Positions 20,776 through 30,879 of a stretch of DNA of 48,766 nt are shown here, one piece after another (positions within the stretch are counted from its first letter, which is position 1; each line of letters starts with the position of its first letter). The position numbers were made by a program, and so were the translations under genes. The DNA lies in NCBI GenBank assembly GCA_013166775.1, contig JABLTJ010000025.1:1-48766 (forward strand), written 5' to 3'. Source of the stretch: Promethearchaeati archaeon. GTDB taxonomy: Archaea; Asgardarchaeota; Heimdallarchaeia; Heimdallarchaeales; Heimdallarchaeaceae. The notes beneath the pieces were generated by a model, which was not told the origin of the DNA, searched no databases, and saw nothing but the letters and a program-made list of their open reading frames with translations.

Positions 20776-21684
20776 ATGGAAATTACTACTGAAAGACATA
20801 GAAGAAACGAAGATTTAGTCGTTAGACTAGGAAAACTGGAAGAAGAAATTAGTTTTTTTAAGAAGAAAAGAGATGAACATAACCAATTGACAAAGGAAGT
20901 TTTAACCAAACGAAACGAATTCAATGAGCAAATTAATGAAGATTTAGCAAAAGCAAAAGATTATACAGCTAAAAGAGATGATTTAAACTCCCAAGTAAAA
21001 CAATCAAAGCAAAAACGAAAAATACTACAAGATAAGGTTAAGGAAAATAAAAAGGTTCTAGAAGAAGTAGTAGAAAAAGATCAAGCACTAAAAAAGGACA
21101 ATATAAGAAGAAAACGAAGAAGTATGCGTAGTCTTAATGAGAATATTAATAAAATAGAATGGGATTTACAGACAAGTGTTTTAACTTCAGAGAAAGAAAA
21201 GGAAATGGTACAACTTCTTGAAAAACTTTCAGAACAATTAAATAAAATAGCAGAAGAAGTTCATATAACTTCTCAACAGACACAAATGTGGAAGGAGATT
21301 TCTGTAGCACAAAGGGAGATTAATATATTACATATTCAGATTATTGATGCAGCAAAAGAATCACAAATTTACCATAATTTAATGAATCAAAATTATCACC
21401 AAATAAATGAATTAAGAAAGCAAGCAAATGATAACCATAAAAAATTCTTGAGTTTCAAAAAGCAATCGGATACTTTTCACCGTGATTTCTTATCGAAAGT
21501 AGCAGAAAAAAATGAATTGAAAGGTGAATTGAGGGAAAGCAAACAAAAAATCAGAGCCGAGATACGAGAAAAGAAGCAAGCAAATCTAGAAGAAAATACA
21601 CAAAAAGCATACGAGAAATACGAGAGGGGAGAAAATCTCTCACTAGATGAATTTAGATTGCTTGTGGAAAAGGGAATGATTTAG
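20776..21684 (+). CDS. Conserved archaeal coiled-coil protein (COG1340-like)
   Basis: KRDE.N repeats, IEWDLQT..L, C-terminal YERGENLSLDE. Confidence 0.8.
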   Translation: MEITTERHRRNEDLVVRLGKLEEEISFFKKKRDEHNQLTKEVLTKRNEFNEQINEDLAKAKDYTAKRDDLNSQVKQSKQKRKILQDKVKENKKVLEEVVEKDQALKKDNIRRKRRSMRSLNENINKIEWDLQTSVLTSEKEKEMVQLLEKLSEQLNKIAEEVHITSQQTQMWKEISVAQREINILHIQIIDAAKESQIYHNLMNQNYHQINELRKQANDNHKKFLSFKKQSDTFHRDFLSKVAEKNELKGELRESKQKIRAEIREKKQANLEENTQKAYEKYERGENLSLDEFRLLVEKGMI

Positions 21685-21732
21685 ATTTTTAATGAAAACC
21701 ATATACTGTAAAAACAGCTCCAATAGATGTTT

Positions 21733-22176
21733 TTACAATTCATCAAGTGATATAATATAATCTGAGTAAGGCAAATAGCTTTTTGCTATTGTTTTTGTTG
21801 GACTTATAAGTAAGATATCAATTGTTTCCCTCAATTTTATAACAACAGGAAGTAAAGAATCATCTTTTACACCTATGCAGATAATATCTACTTGTTGCGA
21901 ATTCGCAACATCAAGGCTTTCAAGTGTTATGTTAACATCCTTATCTGAAGGGACTATTTTTGGAGAAAATCCTCTACTTAAGTACATCTCATAAACCTCT
22001 GGAGCCAACTGACTATCAAAGAAAACAATAGATTTTCTTATGCTCCCTAGTTGTTTAATCTGTTCCAATAGCAGCTTAATACTCAAAGGAGAAAGGGATT
22101 CTAATATTGCTCCATCAATTAAGCAGAAAACTCTTTTTGTTTGCTTTCTAAGTATTTTCATAATTTTTTCAGACAT
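21733..22176 (-). CDS. NYN (PIN-like) domain protein
   Basis: LIDG, GFSPKIVPSDKDV, D..LLPVVIKLRE, SDYII. Confidence 0.75.
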   Translation of the reverse strand: MSEKIMKILRKQTKRVFCLIDGAILESLSPLSIKLLLEQIKQLGSIRKSIVFFDSQLAPEVYEMYLSRGFSPKIVPSDKDVNITLESLDVANSQQVDIICIGVKDDSLLPVVIKLRETIDILLISPTKTIAKSYLPYSDYIISLDEL

Positions 22177-22383
22177 CTTTCAAAAGAACATAGGGTTTTA
22201 CTTTTTAAATATTTTTTACCATTATTAGTCTAGGATGTAAAAAAATAATTGCAATTGATTATATTAGCTGTTCTGTTTTTTAAAAATATTATTTAAATCA
22301 TAAAAACAAGTATTAATAAACTTAAACAAAAAACTTCTATTGAAAATATTAAATAAACTATTAGAAATCTTTGAGGTAATCAA

Positions 22384-23154
22384 ATGCAATGGTTTATGCC
22401 TGGTCTTATTTATCGTATCTATGAAAAGAAGCTTTCATCTGAGATAAAAAATCAACCTATTCCAAAACATATTGGGGTTATTCTAGATGGAAATAGGAGA
22501 GCAAGTGAAAAACTAGGTTTAGGTTATAAAGATGGATACAGACTAGGTGCAAAAAAACTCGAAGAAGTTTTAGGTTGGTGTTGGGATCTTGGTGTTAAGG
22601 TTGTAACCTGCTGGGTTTTCTCAACAGAAAATTTCTCTCGTCCAAAGGATCAAGTAGATACAATTATGAATCTAGCTACTATGTATTTACAAAGATTGAG
22701 AGAGGATAAGCGGATAATCAAGAACAAGGTTCAAGTAAAAGTTCTTGGAAGATTAAACCTATTGCCTGAAAAAGTTCAAAAGGAAATTAAAAAAACTGAA
22801 AAAGCAACAGAAGAATTCTCCAACTATCGCTTGAACGTATGTATGGCTTATGGCGGAAGAGCAGAGATAGTTGATGCTTTAAAGCAAATTTTGAAGAAAG
22901 CAAATAGTGGTCATATCAACTTAGATGAGGTAGATGAAGAATTAATAAGTAATCACTTATACACTGATGGTGTTCCAGATCCTGATTTGATTATCAGAAC
23001 TTCTGGTGAAGAAAGATTATCTGGATTCCTTTTATGGCAATCTGCTTACTCTGAATATTACTTTGTTGATGTTCATTGGCCTCTGTTCCGAAAAATAGAT
23101 TTGTGGCGTGCAGTAAGAACTTATCAACGAAGACAAAGAAGATTTGGACAATAA
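22384..23154 (+). CDS. uppS: cis-prenyltransferase (polyprenyl diphosphate synthase)
   Basis: HIGVILDGNRR, FSTEN, YGGR, DLIIRTSGEERLSGFLLWQ, RRFG. Confidence 0.96.
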   Translation: MQWFMPGLIYRIYEKKLSSEIKNQPIPKHIGVILDGNRRASEKLGLGYKDGYRLGAKKLEEVLGWCWDLGVKVVTCWVFSTENFSRPKDQVDTIMNLATMYLQRLREDKRIIKNKVQVKVLGRLNLLPEKVQKEIKKTEKATEEFSNYRLNVCMAYGGRAEIVDALKQILKKANSGHINLDEVDEELISNHLYTDGVPDPDLIIRTSGEERLSGFLLWQSAYSEYYFVDVHWPLFRKIDLWRAVRTYQRRQRRFGQ

Positions 23155-23177
23155 CGCATTAGTTTCCCAGATTTCTA

Positions 23178-23957
23178 TTACTCGTAAAAATCATCTCTTT
23201 CTCCCCAATCTCTTTCCATTTGTCCAATTAATGTGTCAATGTTGTGTCCTGTATTTGCACTTATAGGTATTAAATCACCTGTAGTTTTGAATTGTTCCAG
23301 TATCTCCATTATACTCAAGCCAAGTTGTTGAGACAAGGAAGTTTGTCCAACGCTCTGAATATCTGCTACTAGAGAATCTGGGGATTCTATCCAATTTTCC
23401 AAATTTTCCATTTGCTCTTTTTCTATAATATCATCTTTTGATATTGCGACAATCTGAGGAAGTGAAAGCTGAAAAGCAACTGATATACTTAGCAGTAAGA
23501 TACTTGAGAAACCTTCAGGTCGCATTGCTAAAGAAGGATCTATAAGAAAAACCGAAGTAGGCTGACTTTCGTCAGATATAACAGAAGAAACTAAACGACC
23601 ACTACTTCTATACGCAAACAATTCAATTTGCCCTGGGGTATCAACTAGCAAATATTCTGGGCCGATGTAATCAATTTCTGCTTTTATTTCGTCGATTTTA
23701 GTTGCAATTAAATCCATACTTGCAATCATAGCACCATTTGGTCCTAGATCCAGTTTCTCAGTAAGATTATCTATATTAACCAAATCACGAACATCAATAT
23801 CAGGATTATAAGGTAATCTCCTAACTCCTGCATCAAGATTTAGTGTAGCTACATCCAGATGTTTTTCATTGAACCAATCATACAAGGTTCTGGTAAGTAC
23901 TGTTTTTCCACTCCCCGCTGTACCCAACATAAATATTACATAAGACCTTTGAGCCAC
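23178..23957 (-). CDS. GPN-loop GTPase
   Basis: GTAGSGKT, NLD, LGPNG, DTPGQIELF. Confidence 0.95.
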   Translation of the reverse strand: MAQRSYVIFMLGTAGSGKTVLTRTLYDWFNEKHLDVATLNLDAGVRRLPYNPDIDVRDLVNIDNLTEKLDLGPNGAMIASMDLIATKIDEIKAEIDYIGPEYLLVDTPGQIELFAYRSSGRLVSSVISDESQPTSVFLIDPSLAMRPEGFSSILLLSISVAFQLSLPQIVAISKDDIIEKEQMENLENWIESPDSLVADIQSVGQTSLSQQLGLSIMEILEQFKTTGDLIPISANTGHNIDTLIGQMERDWGERDDFYE

Positions 23958-23963
23958 TTTTCA

Positions 23964-24755
23964 TCAATCCTTCATTTCTTGAATATTAATCGAAGATAAA
24001 TTGGAAAGAAAAACTTCTTGAAGCATTTTCTTTGCGTTAACAACTTCTTCTTTTCCCTTTTCTCCTGTGCCTGAGATATGTATAACAATTCCTTTTTTAT
24101 CTTTATAGGCTGGATGAGATTTAATATAGAGATTCTGATAATTAGTCTTAATTTCATTAATAAAGGGCGCTAGTTCACTTTCTACGCAACCAAAAATTTG
24201 AAATTTCTCTTCATATAGTTCGTTTTTTGTTTTCTCTTTAAGACTTGATCTAATGCAATTTGCAAAAATATCTTTCATCTCTGTTGGAACACCGGGCAAA
24301 CAATAAAAATCAATGTCACTATATTTAAAATAGCATCCTGGTGCTCCACCAACATTATTCTCCAAAACCTCTGATCCTTCTGGAAGAAAACCCATTTTTC
24401 TTCTTTCTTTTGTTATTTTTAGATTCTTCTTTGCATAATAATTTTTAATCTGTAGAATAGCTTCTTGATTTTCTTTTAATTCCAATCCAGTAGCTTTTGA
24501 AAGAACTTCAAGCTGAATATCATCATATGTTGGTCCTAAACCCCCGGTGATAATTGTTAAACTGGGTTTTCTTGAAATCAATTCAATGAAGAAATCAGCA
24601 GCTAAATCAACATCATCTCGTATAGCTGAGATTCTCCTTACTTCATATCCAAGTTTAGTAAGTTGGTCTCCAATATAAGTGGCATTAGTGTTAACGGTAA
24701 CACCAATCAATAACTCATTCCCCAAACATACAATTTCTGCTGTTGGAAGATTCAC
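23964..24755 (-). CDS. CinA N-terminal (molybdopterin-binding/COG1058)-like protein
   Basis: GNELLIG...NTN, TGGLGPTYDD, LPGVP.EM, YIKSHP. Confidence 0.9.
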   Translation of the reverse strand: MNLPTAEIVCLGNELLIGVTVNTNATYIGDQLTKLGYEVRRISAIRDDVDLAADFFIELISRKPSLTIITGGLGPTYDDIQLEVLSKATGLELKENQEAILQIKNYYAKKNLKITKERRKMGFLPEGSEVLENNVGGAPGCYFKYSDIDFYCLPGVPTEMKDIFANCIRSSLKEKTKNELYEEKFQIFGCVESELAPFINEIKTNYQNLYIKSHPAYKDKKGIVIHISGTGEKGKEEVVNAKKMLQEVFLSNLSSINIQEMKD

Positions 24756-24768
24756 TTAATTATCACAC

Positions 24769-25842
24769 CTATTTTTCTCTATTAATCCCCATCTTAGCTA
24801 TTTCAATCAGGTATTTCTTAAACTTCTCTTCTATCATTGGATCTAGATTTTCCAGGTAGGAAATACAATTATTAAATAATTCTTCTGCTTTCTTATTGGC
24901 AAAATCAAGTGAACCAGTTTCTTTGAATATTGTTCTTACTTCGTCAATTTCTTGATCTGTAGCTTGACGGTTACCTACAACCTTTGAAATTATCTGAAAT
25001 TGATCGTCATTTGCATTCTCAATAGCTTTTATTAGTAAAAGAGTTTTCTTTCCTTCTTTTATGTCGCTATTAGTTGGTTTTCCTGTTATTCTCGAATCCC
25101 CAAAAGTCCCAATAATGTCATCAACAATTTGAAAAGCAATACCTGCATCCAAAGCATATTTACCAAGACCATCAATTTGAGATTCAGTTCCACCAGCAAA
25201 AATAGCTCCTAATCTAGCTGCTTTTTCAAAGAGAGCTGCTGTTTTTCCAGTAATCATTGAAAGGTATTGAGTCTCAGTGACATCTAGTTTTTGCATTAAA
25301 TCAGTTTCTACAATTACGCCTTGAACAATGTGCAAGAATCCCTCATTAAACTCTATTGCTGCTCGTAAAGTTACAGCAGGTGGAAAGTCTTTTGTATTAA
25401 TTGCTTTGTAAGCAAGATTGTAAGCAAAATCTCCACCTAGAATCCCCATTGATATTCCATAATTATTGTCATTTTGTATATTAGAACTAGAATTATTTTC
25501 CGCATAATCTTGAAGAACATGGTGAAAAGCTTTTCTTCCTCTTCTAGTTTCAGCATTATCCATTATATCATCATGAATTAAACTAGCATTGTGAAGTAGT
25601 TCTAAACTAAGTGATGCAGATAAAATTCCTTTATCAACAGCAGCGGATTTTATGGATTGATAGCAAAGAGCCATGAGAACAGGACGAATTCTTTTCCCTC
25701 CTGAGAACAAGAAATCATTAATTTGTTCATAAAAGTATTTGAGTAAGTGATTGTCCTGAACTGAATTTATTTGTTCATTCATAAAGTCATGAAGAGCATC
25801 ATCGACTTTTCTTTGAAGGTTAGCATAATGCATAAGAAACAT
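24769..25842 (-). CDS. idsA: Geranylgeranyl diphosphate synthase (trans-isoprenyl diphosphate synthase)
   Basis: GGKRIRP, HDDIMD..RRG, KTA, FQIVDD, DIKEGKKT. Confidence 0.92.
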   Translation of the reverse strand: MFLMHYANLQRKVDDALHDFMNEQINSVQDNHLLKYFYEQINDFLFSGGKRIRPVLMALCYQSIKSAAVDKGILSASLSLELLHNASLIHDDIMDNAETRRGRKAFHHVLQDYAENNSSSNIQNDNNYGISMGILGGDFAYNLAYKAINTKDFPPAVTLRAAIEFNEGFLHIVQGVIVETDLMQKLDVTETQYLSMITGKTAALFEKAARLGAIFAGGTESQIDGLGKYALDAGIAFQIVDDIIGTFGDSRITGKPTNSDIKEGKKTLLLIKAIENANDDQFQIISKVVGNRQATDQEIDEVRTIFKETGSLDFANKKAEELFNNCISYLENLDPMIEEKFKKYLIEIAKMGINREK

Positions 25843-25959
25843 AGGTATCTTCCTTGTTTTACACTTTGATACAGAAATTTAGCTAGTATTAATTTTTTGT
25901 TCTTTAGGTGATATGTTTACCTAATCGCAAGATATTTTTATTTAAAAGATTTATTCAGA

Positions 25960-26592
25960 ATGATTATTATGGTTGATACTTCGAAATTCCAGAACATAGC
26001 ATCACAAATAGAACAAAGACTCATCGAGTTGGATAGTATTCGAGAAGAGATAATCAAACTATCTAGAAAAGTGGTTAGAAATGCGGGGCAGAGTATTGAG
26101 AATTTTCATAACAAAAATTACGAACAATCAAAAGAAAAGCTACTGATGGCCAAGGATTCTTTATCTGAGGTTAAAAACTATCTAAAGAGATATGCTACAT
26201 TTCAACAGATTGGTCTCGTTGGAGTCGCAATGCAAGAATATGCAGAAGCAAAACTGCTTTTTGAGTTAATCACGAATAATAAATTTCCTTCATTTGAAGA
26301 AATTGGAATTGATGAACAATCCTATATCTTAGGGGTTGCAGATTTGATAGGTGAATTGAGAAGACATGTTCTGGAAAAACTAGTTGAAGGACAAATCGAT
26401 GATGCAAAGAAGTTTTATGAAATCATGAAAAAACTATATGGTAGTTTCTTACAAATTGATTATGGAAAGAATCTAATTCCAGAATTTCGCAGAAAAAAAG
26501 ATACAGCTAGGGTTCTAGTTGAGCGGACACTTTCTGATCTTTTTGTTGCAGTGCAAGGAAAGAAACTTGAAGAAAAACTGAAAAGAGAATAA
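25960..26592 (+). CDS. Translin-family protein
   Basis: RE..IK.SR, QEYAEA, YILGVADLIGELRR, RRKKD. Confidence 0.92.
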   Translation: MIIMVDTSKFQNIASQIEQRLIELDSIREEIIKLSRKVVRNAGQSIENFHNKNYEQSKEKLLMAKDSLSEVKNYLKRYATFQQIGLVGVAMQEYAEAKLLFELITNNKFPSFEEIGIDEQSYILGVADLIGELRRHVLEKLVEGQIDDAKKFYEIMKKLYGSFLQIDYGKNLIPEFRRKKDTARVLVERTLSDLFVAVQGKKLEEKLKRE

Positions 26593-26596
26593 GGAA

Positions 26597-28000
26597 TTAT
26601 TTTTCTTTATCAAATTTCATGCAGATTATTCCAATATCCAGTAAGTTTGTTCCTGTGTGATTAGTTATAATTTCTCCCCCATATTCTTTGAAAAAGGAGT
26701 TTGAATCATGTGTAGATAAAGCTACATTGGCTTTTTGTTTTTTAACATCATCTGATATTGTAAATGGACCAATCAGTGCCCCTGCAGCTAATGATGTTCC
26801 ATCTATACCATCTGTTCCGAAAGAAGCTAAGTAAATGGGATAATTATTCATAATCTCTAGTGCAAAAGACAGAGCTAGCTCTTGATTACGCCCCCCTAAA
26901 CCTGCTGGAGTTTTTAGTGTAACAGTGGTTTCCCCTGAGAAAAGTAAAAAATAATAATGAGATTTACTTGAAGATTTTTCATCTGTAAAGTGCTTAATTG
27001 AGGTGATAGCTAGCTCTTTTCCTCTTTCACTTGATTCACCTGTAAGTGAATGAGTCAATATTTTAACGCAATAATTATTAGAAATTTTATCTTTCAATTT
27101 GCTTAATAATAAGGAATTATCGCCAATTATAAAATTGGATACATGAGAAAAAAGAGAGTGATCTGCTGGAGTATCTTCAATATTATTGCTTAATCCGTTT
27201 TCGATATTAAACGTGATACTTTTGGGTAACTGTGTTTGAAGATTGTATTTAGTGAGAATGTCTTTACAGTCATTCCAAGTTGATACATCAGGAGCTGTTG
27301 GTCCTGATGCAATAATAGAAGGATCATTTCCTATAACATCTGACATAATTAAAGCAATTATCCTTGCCTTTGTTTGTAAAGCTAATTTACCACCCTTCAC
27401 CTTAGAGAAATGTTTTCTAATGGTGTTAATCTCATGGATAGATGCACCACTAAATAATAGTAACCCTATGAGAGTTTGATAATCCTCTAAAGACACATCA
27501 AAACTAGGAGATTCGAAAAGAGAACTTCCTCCACCTGATATTAATACAAAACAAAGATCATCTGAAGAAAGGTTTCTAAGGAAATTCAAAGTGTATTCCG
27601 CTGCTTCTAAACTTTCGTTATTTGGTGTTGGGTGACCTGCTTTAAAAAAGGAGAAATCAGGTAAAGATTCAAAGTGATCATCGCATTCGTTTGGGGATAC
27701 AAGAATAATACGAGAGAAATACAACGGAAAATTATCTAAAAGCCATTTTGACATAGTTTGAGAAGCTTTACCGAATGCTAACATATGATATTTATTAAAT
27801 TCTGACAGGTCAATTTTTTCTTCTTTTATTATCATCTCTAAATTATTGAATAAGATATATTCGGACATCAGATTACAAGGTTGAGCTATATCTAGAGATT
27901 CCTCAATTAAGTCAAATAAAAGAGGTACTATTTTATGCTCAATTTCGTTTCGTGACAGCGATAGAAGAGAAGACCTATTTTTAATAAACATCTCAATCAA
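26597..28000 (-). CDS. Glycerate 2-kinase (MOFRL family)
   Basis: FGKA, GHPTP, ISGGGSSL, RKHFSKVKGG, SDVIG, GGRNQE, TDGIDG, TGTN. Confidence 0.92.
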   Translation of the reverse strand: MIEMFIKNRSSLLSLSRNEIEHKIVPLLFDLIEESLDIAQPCNLMSEYILFNNLEMIIKEEKIDLSEFNKYHMLAFGKASQTMSKWLLDNFPLYFSRIILVSPNECDDHFESLPDFSFFKAGHPTPNNESLEAAEYTLNFLRNLSSDDLCFVLISGGGSSLFESPSFDVSLEDYQTLIGLLLFSGASIHEINTIRKHFSKVKGGKLALQTKARIIALIMSDVIGNDPSIIASGPTAPDVSTWNDCKDILTKYNLQTQLPKSITFNIENGLSNNIEDTPADHSLFSHVSNFIIGDNSLLLSKLKDKISNNYCVKILTHSLTGESSERGKELAITSIKHFTDEKSSSKSHYYFLLFSGETTVTLKTPAGLGGRNQELALSFALEIMNNYPIYLASFGTDGIDGTSLAAGALIGPFTISDDVKKQKANVALSTHDSNSFFKEYGGEIITNHTGTNLLDIGIICMKFDKEK

Positions 28001-28054
28001 GAATTAATTCCTGGGATTAAGAAAGTTTCTGATAAAAATCAAACTAAATTATGT

Positions 28055-28699
28055 TCATTTTTTCTCTAGACGGTAATTATGTTTTATCATATCTTGCATG
28101 ATTTTTGTTGTTGATTTGCCAGGAATATATTCCTTAAGTCTAACAATTTTCACATGAGGATATCCATTAGTGGATAATGATTCATAAAGATGTTCTACAT
28201 CATGATATTGATCATATCCTAACGCGATTATATCAGGCTGAATCAAACTAACAGTTTCCATAAAATCATACTCACTCCCTATTAAAGCAACATCCACATC
28301 TTTGATATGATCAACAACCTTTACTCTTTCTTCTTGGGTTTTGGAGGGATGACGGTTTTTTTCTTTTTCAACCGTTTTATCAGTGGCAATTACTACTGTT
28401 AAGATATCGCCTAACAATTTAGCTTGTTGTAAAGTAAAAAGATGTCCAGAGTGTAGAAGATCAAATGTCCCACCTGTCATAACAACAGTTAATTGCTTTC
28501 TTCCTAATTTCAATAGACTGTATTTGCCATCTGAGCTGAGTGAAAGAGATTCTCTTTCCACTAGATAAGATAGACTAGGTTCCAATAATGGTTGTGAGAG
28601 CTCCAAAAGACGTGATAGAGTCGAGATTGTAGATGGTATTTGTTTAATTGAATTAGAGTAGATTGTTTTCAATACAAGATGTTCTATTGTCCCAGCCAT
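28055..28699 (-). CDS. ribL: FAD synthase (FMN adenylyltransferase) with N-terminal wHTH-like extension
   Basis: GGTFDLLHSGH, PDIIALGYDQ, STTKI; follows ribK. Confidence 0.85.
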   Translation of the reverse strand: MAGTIEHLVLKTIYSNSIKQIPSTISTLSRLLELSQPLLEPSLSYLVERESLSLSSDGKYSLLKLGRKQLTVVMTGGTFDLLHSGHLFTLQQAKLLGDILTVVIATDKTVEKEKNRHPSKTQEERVKVVDHIKDVDVALIGSEYDFMETVSLIQPDIIALGYDQYHDVEHLYESLSTNGYPHVKIVRLKEYIPGKSTTKIMQDMIKHNYRLEKK

Positions 28700-28705
28700 T
28701 AATCA

Positions 28706-29407
28706 TCAATTCCCCTTTTTCTTTTCAAAAGTAAACTCAACAACTACTTCATCTCCATCTACTATGTCGAGAATTTCACGCAAATAAACATCGCTGATTA
28801 ACTCTAATATATTTGAACCATAATGGGTTCTTCGAGGGATAATCCCTGCTACATTGGCAGTTTTTTTTGGAATTTTAAGGGGATAGCACAGAACATCTCC
28901 AAATCGTCTTCCCTCTTCTTCGAAGCCTTTGATTATAATTGGCCAAGAACCTCGTATTAAATCCAACCTATCTATATCATTGGTGTTAATCCGCAGATTA
29001 AGTGTTCCATGATAAGGCTTGAAACCAAGTTTGGATGTAAATTCCTTAAAATAAGAAGCTCTTGATATGTAGTATTTACCCTCTCCTAATCCTGAAAATG
29101 CGACACCTCTTAGTTTAATCGAAGTTAAATCAGGATGAAGAGCCCTTTCTAGTTCAAAACGTAATTGATGTAGTATCGAATCCCCAGTTGGTGTCAGTTG
29201 TACAAGGGATCCTTTAGGTGAGGATTTCCATAAAATAATTCTTTCTTCCTTGAGTTTGAGTAAACATCGTGATGCTGTTTGCTGTGAGATAGAGAAGAAT
29301 TCTGCTATTTGGGTTGTTGTTACTTCAATTTCTTTGTCAATTGCCCTGTTTTGGGCTAAGTAAATGAGAAGGCCAAGTTCTCGACTTGAGAGATTGTATA
29401 TATCCAT
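28706..29407 (-). CDS. ribK: CTP-dependent riboflavin kinase with N-terminal wHTH (RbkR type)
   Basis: SQQTASR HTH; SGLGEGKYY, LGFKPYHGTLN, PRRTHY, LRE...DGD. Confidence 0.93.
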   Translation of the reverse strand: MDIYNLSSRELGLLIYLAQNRAIDKEIEVTTTQIAEFFSISQQTASRCLLKLKEERIILWKSSPKGSLVQLTPTGDSILHQLRFELERALHPDLTSIKLRGVAFSGLGEGKYYISRASYFKEFTSKLGFKPYHGTLNLRINTNDIDRLDLIRGSWPIIIKGFEEEGRRFGDVLCYPLKIPKKTANVAGIIPRRTHYGSNILELISDVYLREILDIVDGDEVVVEFTFEKKKGN

Positions 29408-29418
29408 CTACTTCACCA

Positions 29419-29432
29419 AATTGGTACCAATT
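29419..29432. promoter_or_regulatory. Perfect 14-bp palindrome at the predicted ribK transcription start
   Basis: AATTGGTACCAATT between the minus-strand BRE/TATA (GAAAAG-CTTAAGTA, ~29451-29464) and a GGTGA SD. Confidence 0.4.
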
Positions 29433-29539
29433 AACACAAAAAAGTTAGGATACTTAAGCTTTTCAATCAGACATACATAAATGAGTAACAGTGACTTTTA
29501 ATCAGATAGAGATTTATATTGCGAATTTGATTTGAGGTC

Positions 29540-30115
29540 ATGGTTGAAGAGCTAACAATAATTGAGGAATGGGAAAGAGTGAAGGTTCCCACAGTTCCTG
29601 AATTGGAAGAAGTAAAATTAAAGTTGAGGGAATCCGCTCTTTTAGTATTAGATATTCAAAATCAAAACTGCAATGAAGATAGAAGACCTAGATGTGTCAG
29701 AACACTTCATCATATACAGATGTTAATAGAAAAAGCTCGAAATAGTGGAATGTTAATAATATTCAGTTTAACTAGTGCTGCGAGTAAAGCAGACATTAGA
29801 AGAGAAGTACTTCCAAAGAGGAATGAAATCATTGTAAAAGCTGGTGTAGATAAATTTCATAACACGAAATTGGAAGATATGCTACGAGAGAATGGAATAA
29901 AAAGTGTTATTATAGTAGGAACTTCAGCAAATGGTGCTGTTTTGCATACTGCTACTGGTGCTGCAACAAGGAAATTTGGAATTATTGTACCTGTAAATGC
30001 TATTTCAGCAACTTATCCGTATGAGGAACAGTATACAGTTTGGCATCTGATGAATTCGCCAGGTACTCGAAGAAGAGTAATTTTATCTAAAGCAGAAATG
30101 ATTAATTTCGTCTAA
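29540..30115 (+). CDS. Isochorismatase/cysteine-hydrolase fold protein
   Basis: ALLVLDIQN, DKF.NT.L...LR..GI..VIIVG; the usual Cys position reads GTSANGAV. Confidence 0.85.
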   Translation: MVEELTIIEEWERVKVPTVPELEEVKLKLRESALLVLDIQNQNCNEDRRPRCVRTLHHIQMLIEKARNSGMLIIFSLTSAASKADIRREVLPKRNEIIVKAGVDKFHNTKLEDMLRENGIKSVIIVGTSANGAVLHTATGAATRKFGIIVPVNAISATYPYEEQYTVWHLMNSPGTRRRVILSKAEMINFV

Positions 30116-30145
30116 GAAAAATACATGAAGATATCCTTACTTTGA

Positions 30146-30829
30146 ATGGCAGTTGATTTAATGAGTACGTATATTACCTTGCCTAACGTGCGTAGAAGGA
30201 AAATTCCTGAGGAGTTTAAAGATAATGATAATCGTTTCTCTGAAAGTTTGGTAGAATACTTTTTAGAAAAATACACTAAAAAGGGAGATATAGTGCTGGA
30301 TATTTTCGCGGGTCTTGGAACTACTCTTTTTGTAGCTGAAGAAATGGAACGTATTCCATTTGGAGTTGAGTATTCAGAAGCAAGGTATATTTACATTAGA
30401 GAGAACTTGCAGAATAAGGATAACATAATTTATGGAGATTCCTTGAAATTATTGGAATATAATGTCCCTAAATGCGATTTTTGTATAGCATCTCCAATCT
30501 ATATGAATAAGAGCGAAACTGAAAATCCATATACAGCTTACACTACCAAAGGTACCTATAAACAATACTTAGAGGACACAAGAAAAATCTATTCTAACGT
30601 TAAAAAGAAAATGAAGCATAATTCAAAAATAGTGGTTGAGGTTTCGAATCTAAAAAAAGATGATTCAGTAACTACACTTGCATGGGATATTGGTAAAGAA
30701 ATTTCTAAAATATTCCATTTCGAAGGAGAAATAGTTGTGAATTGGACCAGTAATAGTTCCGAAAATAAAGATGGGTTCTACGGTTATGGGTATGATCATA
30801 GTTATTGTCTTGTTTTTTCCAACAAATAG
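30146..30829 (+). CDS. Orphan amino (N4/N6)-methyltransferase
   Basis: Motif I DIFAGLGTT, motif IV-like ASPIY. Confidence 0.75.
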   Translation: MAVDLMSTYITLPNVRRRKIPEEFKDNDNRFSESLVEYFLEKYTKKGDIVLDIFAGLGTTLFVAEEMERIPFGVEYSEARYIYIRENLQNKDNIIYGDSLKLLEYNVPKCDFCIASPIYMNKSETENPYTAYTTKGTYKQYLEDTRKIYSNVKKKMKHNSKIVVEVSNLKKDDSVTTLAWDIGKEISKIFHFEGEIVVNWTSNSSENKDGFYGYGYDHSYCLVFSNK

Positions 30830-30834
30830 ATGAA

Positions 30835-30853
30835 AAACGAAAGTTTTATTAAA
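30835..30853 (+). promoter_or_regulatory. BRE-TATA promoter of tRNA-Lys(UUU)
   Basis: AAACGAAAGTTTTATTAAA, identical to 14900..14918. Confidence 0.75.
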
Positions 30854-30879
30854 CGAGTATGATGAGAGGAAAACGGAAT

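Noticed and set aside
20776-21684. Phosphoserine phosphatase or SMC label for the coiled-coil protein
   Set aside because: No HAD DxD motif or Walker motifs
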